From assembly GCA_963827755.1 (NCBI GenBank), contig CAWHCQ010000031.1, positions 59,799-123,798 of the forward strand: a stretch of 64,000 nt of DNA, in the 5' to 3' direction. The translations under genes and the position numbers were made by a program. The notes beneath the pieces were generated by a model that had not been told where the DNA came from, made no database searches, and worked only from the letters and a program-made list of their open reading frames with translations. The stretch comes from an uncultured Gammaproteobacteria bacterium (GTDB taxonomy: Bacteria > Pseudomonadota > Gammaproteobacteria > UBA9214). Shown in pieces: positions 49,876 to 59,723 of this stretch (within the stretch, counting starts at the first letter, position 1; each line of letters opens with the position of its first letter).

Positions 49876-50829
49876 TCAGGCACAATGCAACTGGTGCAGG
49901 GTAATCTCCGGGGGGCAATTGATGCGTACGTCGACAATGCAGGCCCCGGACCCGGCCGCCGTATAACCCGACAGCCCGTGATACTCCCACGCCCCGGCAC
50001 AGTAAGTGCGGGGACAATTCACATTGCACATCATGGGGATGCCGCCCGGCAGGCAGACCTGGCCCGCGTGTGTGTGCCCGCATAACATCAGGTTGAAGTC
50101 GGCATGGGCTGCATGCCGGTAGATCTCGGGCGAATGCGCCAGCAATATCGACGCTGCCCCGGGGGGTATGGCATCCGCCGCCTTTTCCAGGTTGTCCGCC
50201 CGATAGTAGTGCGGGTCATCGATACCGGCCAGGTAGACCGTCGCACCGTCCCGCTCGAGGGTTACATGCTCATTCAGCAACATGCGGATGCCCATCGACT
50301 CCAGGCCGGGCACCATGCAGATACTGTCGTGATTTCCGAGTATCCCGTAAACCTCGCCTTGCAGGTGGGTACGTACCTGTTGCATCCCCTCCAGGGCAGC
50401 CTTGTAGGGCCCGAAGGTGTTTGCCCTGAAATCACCGGTCAACACGCACAGGTCGTAGTCTACCCCGCGTACGACGTTAATCAGTTCATGCGGAAAATCC
50501 GGGGCCATATCAAGGTGCAGGTCTGAAATCTGCAGAATGGTGAAATTTTCAAACACCCCTGGCAGGCCGGTGATCGAAACGGGATTGTGGCGCACCTCGA
50601 TGCGGCGCGCGTTGCGCCGGCCACGCCCGTGCAGCATCACCAGGCGCAGGCTGTTCCTGATGAGTGAATGGACCGAGTACCAGTTCTCGATATGAAAGAA
50701 GTTCCGCCCCTGTCCAAACACCCGGCGCTCGCAAGCGCGCTCGATTCCGAGCCGCTGCTGCAGGTGGATCCTGCCAACTCGCTGCTGCAGCAATTCAAGC
50801 ATTGCCTCATCGGGCAGAGCATTGTTCAT
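49876..50829 (-). CDS. Calcineurin-like metallophosphoesterase
   Basis: SDLH, TGD, GNHD, LAHSP, GHTH. Confidence 0.92.
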   Translation of the reverse strand: MNNALPDEAMLELLQQRVGRIHLQQRLGIERACERRVFGQGRNFFHIENWYSVHSLIRNSLRLVMLHGRGRRNARRIEVRHNPVSITGLPGVFENFTILQISDLHLDMAPDFPHELINVVRGVDYDLCVLTGDFRANTFGPYKAALEGMQQVRTHLQGEVYGILGNHDSICMVPGLESMGIRMLLNEHVTLERDGATVYLAGIDDPHYYRADNLEKAADAIPPGAASILLAHSPEIYRHAAHADFNLMLCGHTHAGQVCLPGGIPMMCNVNCPRTYCAGAWEYHGLSGYTAAGSGACIVDVRINCPPEITLHQLHCA

Positions 50830-50945
50830 GCCCCATTGTCGGATGCTCTCCCGGATTTATCAATCTATTGTAATTGTTATCGGTACGCCCCTTTGCTACG
50901 GTTGCAATCCATGCAGGCAGGCTGTAACCACGGAGAGACTCGAGC

Positions 50946-51329
50946 ATGAACCTTGAAAAGGTATTTTTCGCATTCTTCATTGTCCTGGCACTGACACTCA
51001 ACTTCGGCTTCTTTCTGGGGGAACTGGACAATCCCGATCATCATAATGTCTACGAGCTGTTTGCCGCACTGGTCGTCAGCCTGATCGCGACCATCATGAA
51101 GTTCGGCGACCGCGCCCATATCGGCGCCGTACTGCTGGCAACCAGCCTGGTTGCCGATCTGCAACTGATTGCAGCCGTCATCGTCTGGACCATCACGGTG
51201 CATGCCACCGAAACCGGAATGACACCGATGATACTGGCCAGCATCGTTTCGCTATCCGGCGGCGCCCTGCTGGCCAACATCACCTCGGTCATCATCCTGG
51301 TCACGGAAACAGTGATGTTCCGCCGCTAG
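50946..51329 (+). CDS. Small 4-TM membrane protein (DUF6394-like)
   Basis: LTLNFGFF, LLATSLVADLQLI, GGALLAN; 17 nt upstream of the channel gene. Confidence 0.75.
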   Translation: MNLEKVFFAFFIVLALTLNFGFFLGELDNPDHHNVYELFAALVVSLIATIMKFGDRAHIGAVLLATSLVADLQLIAAVIVWTITVHATETGMTPMILASIVSLSGGALLANITSVIILVTETVMFRR

Positions 51330-51346
51330 CCGGCGCCTGACCCGTC

Positions 51347-53071
51347 ATGCAGCATCTAATTTACCTGTTGTTGCGCCGCATGCGGCTGCCGCTGATCCTG
51401 ATCATCCTTGCGTATGCGGTTTCCATACTCGGCCTGGTGCTGATACCGGGCATGGACGATCAGGGCAATCCATGGCGCATGAGTATCTTTCATGCGTTCT
51501 ATTTCGTCAGTTTCATGGCCACCACGATCGGCTTCGGGGAGATCCCCTACGCCTTCACGGACCCGCAGCGGATCTGGACCACCCTGGCCATGTACATGAC
51601 GGTGATCGCCTGGCTGTATGCAATCGGTGCACTGTTAACCCTGCTGCAGGAACCGGCCTTTCGGCGCGTGGTCGCCTATTCTGTGTTTACACGTGCGGTA
51701 CGCAAGATCAGGGAACCCTTTTACCTGATCTGCGGAATCGGCGATTCCGGTCAACTGGTGCTGCGTGAACTCGCGGAACACGGTATCCGCAGCGTCGTGG
51801 TCGACCGGGCTGAACACAAGATCCAGGCACTCAGCCTCGAAAACCTTCAGGTCAACGTACCCGGCCTGACTGCTGACGTCACCGATTCATCAAACCTGGT
51901 GGCCGCCGGGCTCACACATCAGCATTGTGCCGGCATACTGGCGTTGACCGACATTGACCATGTCAACCTGACCATCGCCATCACCAGCAAGCTGCTGGCG
52001 CCGAAACTCATGGTCATCAGCCGCTCGGAAACCGGTGACGCGACCGCCAACATGGCCTCTTTTGGCACCGACTACATCCTCAACCCTTTTGACACCTTTG
52101 CCAAACGCTTCGCCATGATGTTCCAGTCGCCCAGCATGTACCTGGTCTACGAGTGGATGACCAGCAGCCATGAGGCCCCACTGAGTCAGTTTCAAGCCCC
52201 GCCCAGGGGCACCTGGGTCCTCTGCGGCTACGGGCGGTTCGGCAAGGCCGTGCAGCAGAGCCTTTCCTTCAAGGGGATACAAACGGTTGTGGTCGAATCG
52301 GACGTCGTGGCAACCAGCGCCCCGGAAAACACCATCACCGGACGCGGCACCGAGGCCTTCACCCTGCATGAAGCCGGCATCGAGCAGGCGGTCGGCATCA
52401 TTGCCGGCACCGATGATGACGCCAATAACCTGTCCATCATCATGACCGCACGCGACATGAACAAGGACCTGTTCACGGTTGCACGCCAGAACCTGCGCAG
52501 CAACGACGCTATTTTTACGGCCGCCAACATCGATATCACCATGCAGTCCGGCGTCCTCATCGGACGACGGATTCTCGGCATGCTGACCACCCCCCTGTTG
52601 TCTGACTTTCTGCGCATGGCACAAAAGCAAAACGAGGCCTGGGCCAATGTGCTGGTCAGCCGGGTCGTCGGCGTCCTCAGCGACAACAGCCCGCCGACAT
52701 CATGGACGGCCACTATTTCGCGCAAGCACACTCCGGCAATCATGGAGATGTTCAAGAAAGGCATTCCTCTCACCCTCGACAACCTGCTAACCGACCCGAG
52801 GGAAATTGCCGACAGGCTGCCCTGCGTGCCGCTCTATATCAAGCGTGCCGATAACAGTGAACTCCTGCTTCCCGAGTCTGACACCCTGCTGCAGCCCGGC
52901 GATGAACTGCTGTTCTGCGGACGCCGGGGCGCCGAACGGCACATGTGCTGGACCGCGCATAACTTTCATGCCCTGAATTACATCTGCTCGGGCGACAACT
53001 CGCCCAGCGGCACCCTGTGGCGCTTGCTGGCCGAGCACCACCGGAAATCCAGGCAGAGTCCCGGGGCCTAG
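51347..53071 (+). CDS. Potassium channel-like protein with two RCK/TrkA-N domains
   Basis: Pore motif TTIGFGE; CGIGDSG and CGYGRFG Rossmann motifs. Confidence 0.9.
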   Translation: MQHLIYLLLRRMRLPLILIILAYAVSILGLVLIPGMDDQGNPWRMSIFHAFYFVSFMATTIGFGEIPYAFTDPQRIWTTLAMYMTVIAWLYAIGALLTLLQEPAFRRVVAYSVFTRAVRKIREPFYLICGIGDSGQLVLRELAEHGIRSVVVDRAEHKIQALSLENLQVNVPGLTADVTDSSNLVAAGLTHQHCAGILALTDIDHVNLTIAITSKLLAPKLMVISRSETGDATANMASFGTDYILNPFDTFAKRFAMMFQSPSMYLVYEWMTSSHEAPLSQFQAPPRGTWVLCGYGRFGKAVQQSLSFKGIQTVVVESDVVATSAPENTITGRGTEAFTLHEAGIEQAVGIIAGTDDDANNLSIIMTARDMNKDLFTVARQNLRSNDAIFTAANIDITMQSGVLIGRRILGMLTTPLLSDFLRMAQKQNEAWANVLVSRVVGVLSDNSPPTSWTATISRKHTPAIMEMFKKGIPLTLDNLLTDPREIADRLPCVPLYIKRADNSELLLPESDTLLQPGDELLFCGRRGAERHMCWTAHNFHALNYICSGDNSPSGTLWRLLAEHHRKSRQSPGA

Positions 53072-53155
53072 CCGCCGCCGGCACACCCGCCCCGCCTCCC
53101 GGCGGTCGCCAGCAGCCCCCGTGAAACCCGGTCAACCGGTTAGCGGGTGATTCCA

Positions 53156-53171
53156 TGGCATATAAAATGCA
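53156..53171 (+). promoter_or_regulatory. Putative sigma54 promoter
   Basis: TGGCATATAAAATGCA has the -24 GG / -12 GC spacing. Confidence 0.5.
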
Positions 53172-53238
53172 GCGTTTATTCCGAACCCACAAATAATCCC
53201 GTTTTCTTCACAGCCTGCGGGATCAACGAGGCCTCGGC

Positions 53239-53463
53239 ATGAAAACGATGAAACTTCAGATGGTTACAGTAGGTATGGATGATGGCACACAGGGCGTGTT
53301 CGTCGGCTGGCCGCTGATCCAGGAACAGGCCACGGAAGACAGCGGACAGGTCGAAAACATCTGGTTTTCCAGCCTGCAGACGGTTCCCGACAACCTGACG
53401 CTGGAACAACTGATGGAACTGGTGCGCAAACAGCTGTGTTTCTGCATGGAGACGGTTCAGTAG
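53239..53463 (+). CDS. Small hypothetical protein
   Basis: 74 aa, GAGG RBS, coding-like codon use. Confidence 0.6.
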   Translation: MKTMKLQMVTVGMDDGTQGVFVGWPLIQEQATEDSGQVENIWFSSLQTVPDNLTLEQLMELVRKQLCFCMETVQ

Positions 53464-53742
53464 TACCCGCAGCGGCATCTATTGCCCGCCAACTTACCCG
53501 CAGGGACAGCTACTGACCCTGTGCGTCACCCTGTGAGCGGGTGGCGCGTGTGCCCGGGCTAGCGGAAACCCGCCCGGCCTTTCCTCAATACATCGGCATT
53601 CGGCCTGGCCGTAATGAGGCGGCGATTGACTTCATCCGTTACCCTGCTGAACGATTCAGCCAGAGACGCCGGCCGGTATCCAGGCAGTCTGCCCCTGTAT
53701 TACTATAAGTGGCCATCTTTCACGCCAGGTCTGTCGCCGAAT

Positions 53743-54597
53743 ATGAAGATTTCCGTCATCATCCCGACATGGAACCGTGCCGGCAGCCTGCCAGCCGCAC
53801 TTGACTCCGTGTTTGCACAGAGTCTCGCACCCCATGAAGTGATCGTGGTCGATGACGGCTCCACCGACAACAGCCGCGAAATCATTCAGCGCCAGTTCAG
53901 CGATGTACGCTACATCTACCAGGAGAATCGCGGGGTCAGCAGTGCCCGCAATGCCGGCATACGGGCGGCGGCCGGCGACTGGATCGCCCTGCTGGATTCC
54001 GATGACCGCTGGGAACCACGCAAACTCGAACACCAGCAGCGCGCCCTGCAGGCCCGTCCGGGGGCAAAAATATGCCACAGCGATGAAATCTGGATACGCA
54101 ATGGAAAGCGCGTCAACCCGATGAAAAAACATGCCAAGCGCGGCGGCCGGATCTTTCAGCACTGCCTGCCGCTGTGTGTCATCTCGCCCTCCGCGGCCCT
54201 CATCAGGCGGGAGCTGTTTGACGAGATCGGCCTGTTTGACGAGGCCCTGCCCGCCTGCGAGGACTATGATCTCTGGCTGCGAATTTGTGCAATCCACCCG
54301 GTGCTCTACCTCGACGAACCCCTGCTGATCAAATACGGCGGCCACGCAGACCAGTTGTCCCGGCGTTACTGGGGCATGGACCGCTTTCGTATTCATGCAC
54401 TGGAAAAGATTCTCGAGTCCGCGGCCCTGAACGCCGCAGACCACGCCGCAGCGCTGGCCATGCTGCAAAAAAAGATCGCTATCGTGATCCAGGGCGCAGA
54501 GCGCAGAAACAATACCGAACTCGCGGACAGCTACCGTGAAAAACTGCACCGCTGGTTACCTGTACCTGCCATGCAACGCGCGGTCACCCTGCCATGA
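53743..54597 (+). CDS. Glycosyltransferase family 2
   Basis: ISVIIPTWNR, VVDDGSTD, LDSDD, CEDYDLWLR. Confidence 0.93.
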   Translation: MKISVIIPTWNRAGSLPAALDSVFAQSLAPHEVIVVDDGSTDNSREIIQRQFSDVRYIYQENRGVSSARNAGIRAAAGDWIALLDSDDRWEPRKLEHQQRALQARPGAKICHSDEIWIRNGKRVNPMKKHAKRGGRIFQHCLPLCVISPSAALIRRELFDEIGLFDEALPACEDYDLWLRICAIHPVLYLDEPLLIKYGGHADQLSRRYWGMDRFRIHALEKILESAALNAADHAAALAMLQKKIAIVIQGAERRNNTELADSYREKLHRWLPVPAMQRAVTLP

Positions 54598-55391
54598 TCA
54601 ACCTTGTCGTTGCCCTGCCGGCCGAGGCCCGCCCGCTGATCAACCATTACCGCTTGAAGCACCGCCAGGTGCAGAGCGCATTCCCGCTCTATGGCAATGA
54701 CGGCATGGCACTGGTCGTTTCCGGAACCGGCAAGATAGCCTCGGCGGCCGCCACGGCATGGCTGGCGGGATTCACCGGTGAAGACCGGCGTGCGGCCTGG
54801 CTGAATATCGGCATCGCCGGTCATGCCACGCATGACATCGGCACCGGCCTGCTGGTCAACCGGATCACCGATTGCGCCAGCAACAGAAGCTGGTACCCGC
54901 CGCAGGTACACGACCTGGACATACCGGCAAGCCGCCTGCTCTGTGTTGACGCCCCGGAAAATGACTATCGCGCTGATGCGCTCTACGAGATGGAGGCAAG
55001 CGGTTTCTATGCTACCGCCTGCCGCTTCACCACCGGGGAACTGGTGCAATGCTTCAAGGTCGTTTCGGATAACAGGCAGCAGTCATCTTCAAAAGTCAGT
55101 GCAAAACTCTGCACGCAACTGCTCGCCGGGCAGCTGGGGCCTGTTGACCGGGTAGTTGGCGCACTGCGAGGGCTGCAACAGCAATACCATGACCGCCATT
55201 CACCGCACCCGGACCATGAGCACATGATTGGCCACTGGCATTTCAGCGTTTCCCAGCAGCACCGGCTCACCCGCTTGCTGCAACGCTGGATGACGCTTGC
55301 CCCGGGGCGGCCTGCCTGGAGCAGCACCCTGAAAAACCTCAAGACCGCCAGCGCCGTGCTGCAGCACCTGGAACAACAACTCGATGTTTAA
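54594..55391 (+). CDS. Nucleoside phosphorylase / MTA-SAH nucleosidase-fold protein
   Basis: VALPAEA, SGTGK, NIGIAG, YEMEASG, KVVSD. Confidence 0.78.
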   Translation: MINLVVALPAEARPLINHYRLKHRQVQSAFPLYGNDGMALVVSGTGKIASAAATAWLAGFTGEDRRAAWLNIGIAGHATHDIGTGLLVNRITDCASNRSWYPPQVHDLDIPASRLLCVDAPENDYRADALYEMEASGFYATACRFTTGELVQCFKVVSDNRQQSSSKVSAKLCTQLLAGQLGPVDRVVGALRGLQQQYHDRHSPHPDHEHMIGHWHFSVSQQHRLTRLLQRWMTLAPGRPAWSSTLKNLKTASAVLQHLEQQLDV

Positions 55392-56382
55392 CACCATCTA
55401 TATGGAAGACCAGGTCGCGGATCATCCGCGCACACGCGCCATTCTTGCCCGCTTTCCGCAGGCGAACCGGGTCTCCTGCGAACGCTACGGCGAAGTGTTC
55501 AACCCGAAGTCACAGGACTTCAGGCTGCAGAAACAGAAACCGGCGCTGATCCTTGCCGGCAAACACGAGCGCAGGGTGCTGGAAACACCGGCCGGCTACG
55601 GGATTGGCGGCAAGCGGAATTATTATTTCTCGCACATGCTGAACTGCCTGTACGACTGCCGCTACTGTTTCCTGCAGGGCATGTACCGCTCGGCACACTA
55701 CGTGCTGTTCGTTAACTACGAGGACTTCTATTCAGATATCGACGCGACCCTGGAAGATGCAGGCACGCAACCGTGCTGGTTTTTTTCCGGCTATGACTGT
55801 GACAGCCTCGCACTGGAGCCGGTCAGCGCTTTTGCGGAACATTTCCTGCCGTTCTTTGCGTCGCGCCCGCAGGCACATATCGAACTGCGCACCAAGAGCA
55901 CCCAGATCCGCAGCCTGCTGGACCAGCCGGCATTGCCCAACGCCGTGGTGGCCTTCAGTTTTACACCCGACGAGATTCACGCTGCCCTCGAACACAAGGT
56001 ACCAACCATACAGCGGCGCATCGCATCCATGCGCCGGCTGCAGGATGCGGGCTGGTCGCTTGGCCTGCGCTTTGATCCGCTGATTTACCAGCCGGGTTAC
56101 CGCGAGCAGTACCGCAGCCTGTTTCAGCAGATATTCAGCCAGATCGACAGCAGCCGGCTGCACTCCGTCAGCCTCGGCACCTTTCGCCTGCCACGCGGTT
56201 ATTTCAGGAATATCCTGCAGCTCTATCCGGACGAACCACTGTATGCCGGGGCATTCGCAGAGAGCGGCGGGATGATCTCCTACCCTGTGGACCAGGAACG
56301 TGAAATCACCGGGTTTTGTACTTCCGAGCTGTTGAAGCATATCCCGGAGTCACTGTTGTTTCCCTGTGCGGTTGCTGCCTGA
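55384..56382 (+). CDS. Spore photoproduct lyase-like radical SAM protein
   Basis: NCLYDCRYCFLQG (CX3CX2C), DSLALEP, ELRTKS, LRFDP. Confidence 0.88.
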   Translation: MFNTIYMEDQVADHPRTRAILARFPQANRVSCERYGEVFNPKSQDFRLQKQKPALILAGKHERRVLETPAGYGIGGKRNYYFSHMLNCLYDCRYCFLQGMYRSAHYVLFVNYEDFYSDIDATLEDAGTQPCWFFSGYDCDSLALEPVSAFAEHFLPFFASRPQAHIELRTKSTQIRSLLDQPALPNAVVAFSFTPDEIHAALEHKVPTIQRRIASMRRLQDAGWSLGLRFDPLIYQPGYREQYRSLFQQIFSQIDSSRLHSVSLGTFRLPRGYFRNILQLYPDEPLYAGAFAESGGMISYPVDQEREITGFCTSELLKHIPESLLFPCAVAA

Positions 56383-57108
56383 ATGACAAACACAAAGGCA
56401 ACCATCCTGTTGACAGGGGCCAGCTCCGGCATCGGCCGTGCAACTGCGCAACGCCTGCTTGAGCGAGGTTACCGGGTCATTGGCCTGGCGCGTGACTTCA
56501 GCAAGTTCGCATGTACCGATGAGAACTTTACAGCCATCCCGGTCGATCTGTCAGCACTGGAGTCACTGCCTGCATTTCTCGAACAGCTGCTTGAAGAGCA
56601 GGGTCCGGTTGATGGTGTCATCTGCAACGCAGGCAAGGGGCGCTTTGCCTCGCTCGAGGAATTTTCCTATGCACAGATACGCAACCTGCTCGAGCTGAAC
56701 CTCACCAGCCAGATCTTCCTGGTGCGCGCCCTGCTGCCGGGTATGAAACAGCGCAAGTCCGGCACCCTGGTCTTCATCGGTTCGGAGACCGCCCTGAATG
56801 GCGCAAGACGCGGCACGGTCTATGCGGCGGCAAAATTCGGCCTGCGCGGCCTGGCACAGTCATTGCGCCAGGAGTGCTCCGCCAGTGGTATACGTGTCGG
56901 CATCATCAACCCCGGCATGGTAAAAACGGAATTTTTCGACCAGCTGGACTTCCAGCCCGGTAACGAACCCGACAATTACATCCTGCCGGAAGACGTGGCA
57001 GAGGCGATCTTGCTGGTGCTGGAAGCACGCCCCGGCACGGTTTTCGATGAAATAAACCTGTCGCCGCAGAAGAAGGTCATCCTCTCATCCAGGCCGGCCG
57101 ACAAATAA
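56383..57108 (+). CDS. SDR family oxidoreductase
   Basis: TGASSGIG, NAG, YAAAK. Confidence 0.93.
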   Translation: MTNTKATILLTGASSGIGRATAQRLLERGYRVIGLARDFSKFACTDENFTAIPVDLSALESLPAFLEQLLEEQGPVDGVICNAGKGRFASLEEFSYAQIRNLLELNLTSQIFLVRALLPGMKQRKSGTLVFIGSETALNGARRGTVYAAAKFGLRGLAQSLRQECSASGIRVGIINPGMVKTEFFDQLDFQPGNEPDNYILPEDVAEAILLVLEARPGTVFDEINLSPQKKVILSSRPADK

Positions 57109-57243
57109 AACAAGGACTTAACAACACCTGCATTCCGTGAAGCCACTGCTATACGGCACAGGTACCGCCCCGTGCCGGAACGCATTTGGTTTCTTGTATA
57201 CTAGGCAGTTGCAACCGCCACAACCCCGAATGGATCTGCAATC

Positions 57244-57501
57244 ATGGCAAGAGTAAAAGTCTTCAGTACGGCAAGCTGCCCGTTTTGCATCAAGGCAAAA
57301 CAACTGCTGGACAAGTGGAACATCCCCTATGTCGAGGCCATGATCGATTCCGATGAGGCGGCACGCCGTGAGTTTGCACAAGCGACCAACCGCGCCCGTA
57401 CGGTCCCCCAGATCATCATTGACGGCAAATGCATCGGCGGCTTCACCGAACTTGCCGAACTGCACATGGAAGACAAGCTCGGTCACCTGATGGAGCAGTA
57501 A
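57244..57501 (+). CDS. Glutaredoxin (Grx3-like)
   Basis: CPFC, RTVPQI, IGG. Confidence 0.9.
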   Translation: MARVKVFSTASCPFCIKAKQLLDKWNIPYVEAMIDSDEAARREFAQATNRARTVPQIIIDGKCIGGFTELAELHMEDKLGHLMEQ

Positions 57502-57598
57502 CAGGATACCGCTAACCGGCACTGAACTTGCCTTATCAGTTCAAGTTCGTCCAATATCGGCAATAACAAACCAGAATCAAGACCTTCGGAGGATCGGC

Positions 57599-58015
57599 AT
57601 GGATTATTCCAATATCATTGAGCCCAGGCGTCTGACCAACATGCAGGAAATGGAAGTCCATGTAAATGGACCGGATGGCGCTAACCGCCTGTATATCTAC
57701 AGCGGCATGGTAGAGGTTGATCTCTGCGGCGGCATACCACACCCGCGCTGGTCTCTCGAGGTCGTCTGTTTTGAAATCGGCAGAACCTACAACCTCGACA
57801 ATGAAAGCGTGATCAAAATCGAATCAACGGCGTCACTGGCAGGATGCCGCGCGGACGGCGTGGCAAGTTTTGCAGGCTGGCAGATTTTCGGTGCTGCTGG
57901 CGAACTCGACGAAAAATCCGGCAGGGTCTGCATGAGTATTGCGGCAGGCGCCCGGGATACCCAGGCCCACATTGAACAGATCAGTTTCCAGATGCACGTG
58001 CTCGCAAAGGTGTAG
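57599..58015 (+). CDS. Hypothetical beta-rich protein
   Basis: 138 aa, GGAGG RBS. Confidence 0.7.
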   Translation: MDYSNIIEPRRLTNMQEMEVHVNGPDGANRLYIYSGMVEVDLCGGIPHPRWSLEVVCFEIGRTYNLDNESVIKIESTASLAGCRADGVASFAGWQIFGAAGELDEKSGRVCMSIAAGARDTQAHIEQISFQMHVLAKV

Positions 58016-58022
58016 CCGGTTG

Positions 58023-59492
58023 TCAGGGAAGCGGCGTTGCCACGGCGTCCAGCCGGATTCCCCACACGTACGGCAATACAAGATAGACAAACCCGGTGAT
58101 GACCAGCACACCGGTCAGGTTCAGCCAGATACCGGCCCTGACCATCTGTAGAATCGTCACGTAACGACTGCTGTAGACGATCGCATTTGGCGGTGTTGCC
58201 ACCGGCAGCATAAAGGCAAACGAGGCCGCGATCACCGTCGCCACCATCAAACCGAAGGGATGCACCTCGATCGCCACTGCCAGTGCGCCCATGACGGGCA
58301 ACAGCAGGGAGGCCGTGGCGGTATTCGAGGTCACCTCGGTCAGGAAAATCACCAGCAAAACAACCGCGGCGATAATCAACAGGATATCGATCCCCTGCAG
58401 CACGGTCAGTTGCTCCGCCAGCCAGCGCGTCAGCCCGGACTCGTTGAAACCCTGCGCCAGTGCAAAGCCGCCGCCAAACAGGATGATAATGTCCCAGGGA
58501 ATGGTAACGGCCGTCTTCCAGTCGAGCAGGAATTCACGCCTCTTGAGGTTCACCGGGATCATGAACAGGACCAGTGCACCGCCGATAGCGATGGTGGAAT
58601 CCTTCACCATTTTCAGATCCGGCGGGTTGAACAGGCCACGCAGAATCCACAATGCCGCCACCGTGCAAAAAACCACCGTAACGTACTTCTCTTCCCGCGA
58701 CATGGCGCCGAGCTGTTCAATCTGCCGCTCGATCAGTTCACGGCCACCCGGCAATTCATTTACCTCGCTGCGAAAAACGATGCGCGTCAGGTAAAACCAG
58801 GCAATCGCCAGCATCACGATCGAGAGCGGCAGGCCGAAGCTCATCCATTCAAGAAAGCTGATGCTGTAGCCGTAGGTCTTCTCCACCACCCCGGCAAAAA
58901 TTGCATTGGGTGGCGTACCGATCAGGGTCGCTATCCCGCCTATGGACGCGGCATAACCGATCCCCAGCATCAGGCCCGTACCGAATTGCAACTCGCCGGG
59001 TTCGTGCTTGATCTCATCTGCCACTTCATGCAACACGGCCATCGCAATCGTCACCATCATCATGGTTGCTGCCGTATTACTGATCCACATCGATAAAAAT
59101 GCCGTTGCCAGCATGAAACCGAGCACGATCCGGTTCGGAGTGACACCGACAATGCGGATGGTATGCAGGGCAATCCGGTGGTGCAGGTTCCATTTTTCCA
59201 TGGTTACCGCAATCAGGAATCCCCCCAGGAACAGATAGATCAGCTCGTGCCCATAGGCCCGCGTGACATCGCCGCCACTGAGGACGCCGAGGAGCGGAAA
59301 TAACAGGATCGGCAGCAAGGCCGTGGCCGGAACCGGTATCGCCTCGGTGATCCACCACACGGCCATGAGCACCGCGACTGCCGCCACGCGCAGTCCTTCC
59401 GGCGTCATGCCTGCAGGAATCGGCAACAAAAGAATAATTACAAACAGAACGGGGCCCAGCAACAAGCCGGGCAGTGAATACTTACCAGGCAA
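58023..59492 (-). CDS. DASS/SLC13 sodium:anion symporter
   Basis: WITEAIP, two SNTA motifs, GTPPN, ATPPNA. Confidence 0.95.
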   Translation of the reverse strand: MPGKYSLPGLLLGPVLFVIILLLPIPAGMTPEGLRVAAVAVLMAVWWITEAIPVPATALLPILLFPLLGVLSGGDVTRAYGHELIYLFLGGFLIAVTMEKWNLHHRIALHTIRIVGVTPNRIVLGFMLATAFLSMWISNTAATMMMVTIAMAVLHEVADEIKHEPGELQFGTGLMLGIGYAASIGGIATLIGTPPNAIFAGVVEKTYGYSISFLEWMSFGLPLSIVMLAIAWFYLTRIVFRSEVNELPGGRELIERQIEQLGAMSREEKYVTVVFCTVAALWILRGLFNPPDLKMVKDSTIAIGGALVLFMIPVNLKRREFLLDWKTAVTIPWDIIILFGGGFALAQGFNESGLTRWLAEQLTVLQGIDILLIIAAVVLLVIFLTEVTSNTATASLLLPVMGALAVAIEVHPFGLMVATVIAASFAFMLPVATPPNAIVYSSRYVTILQMVRAGIWLNLTGVLVITGFVYLVLPYVWGIRLDAVATPLP

Positions 59493-59723
59493 GACTCATC
59501 TCGCGCGTGTCTTCGAAAAATGGCATCAGCGGATTATCATTGCCTGCCGGGGGAATGGCAACGCAATTGATTCGCATCCGGTAAACCGGCAGTTACACTT
59601 GCCCGGGCATCCATCAGGCATGGACCATGGACGCCCACCCAAAAATCAATAGAATACATGAAACGATTACTCCCGAATGCTGTCAACTGCCAGTACCGGT
59701 CAATCAATCAACAGGGTCAAGCC

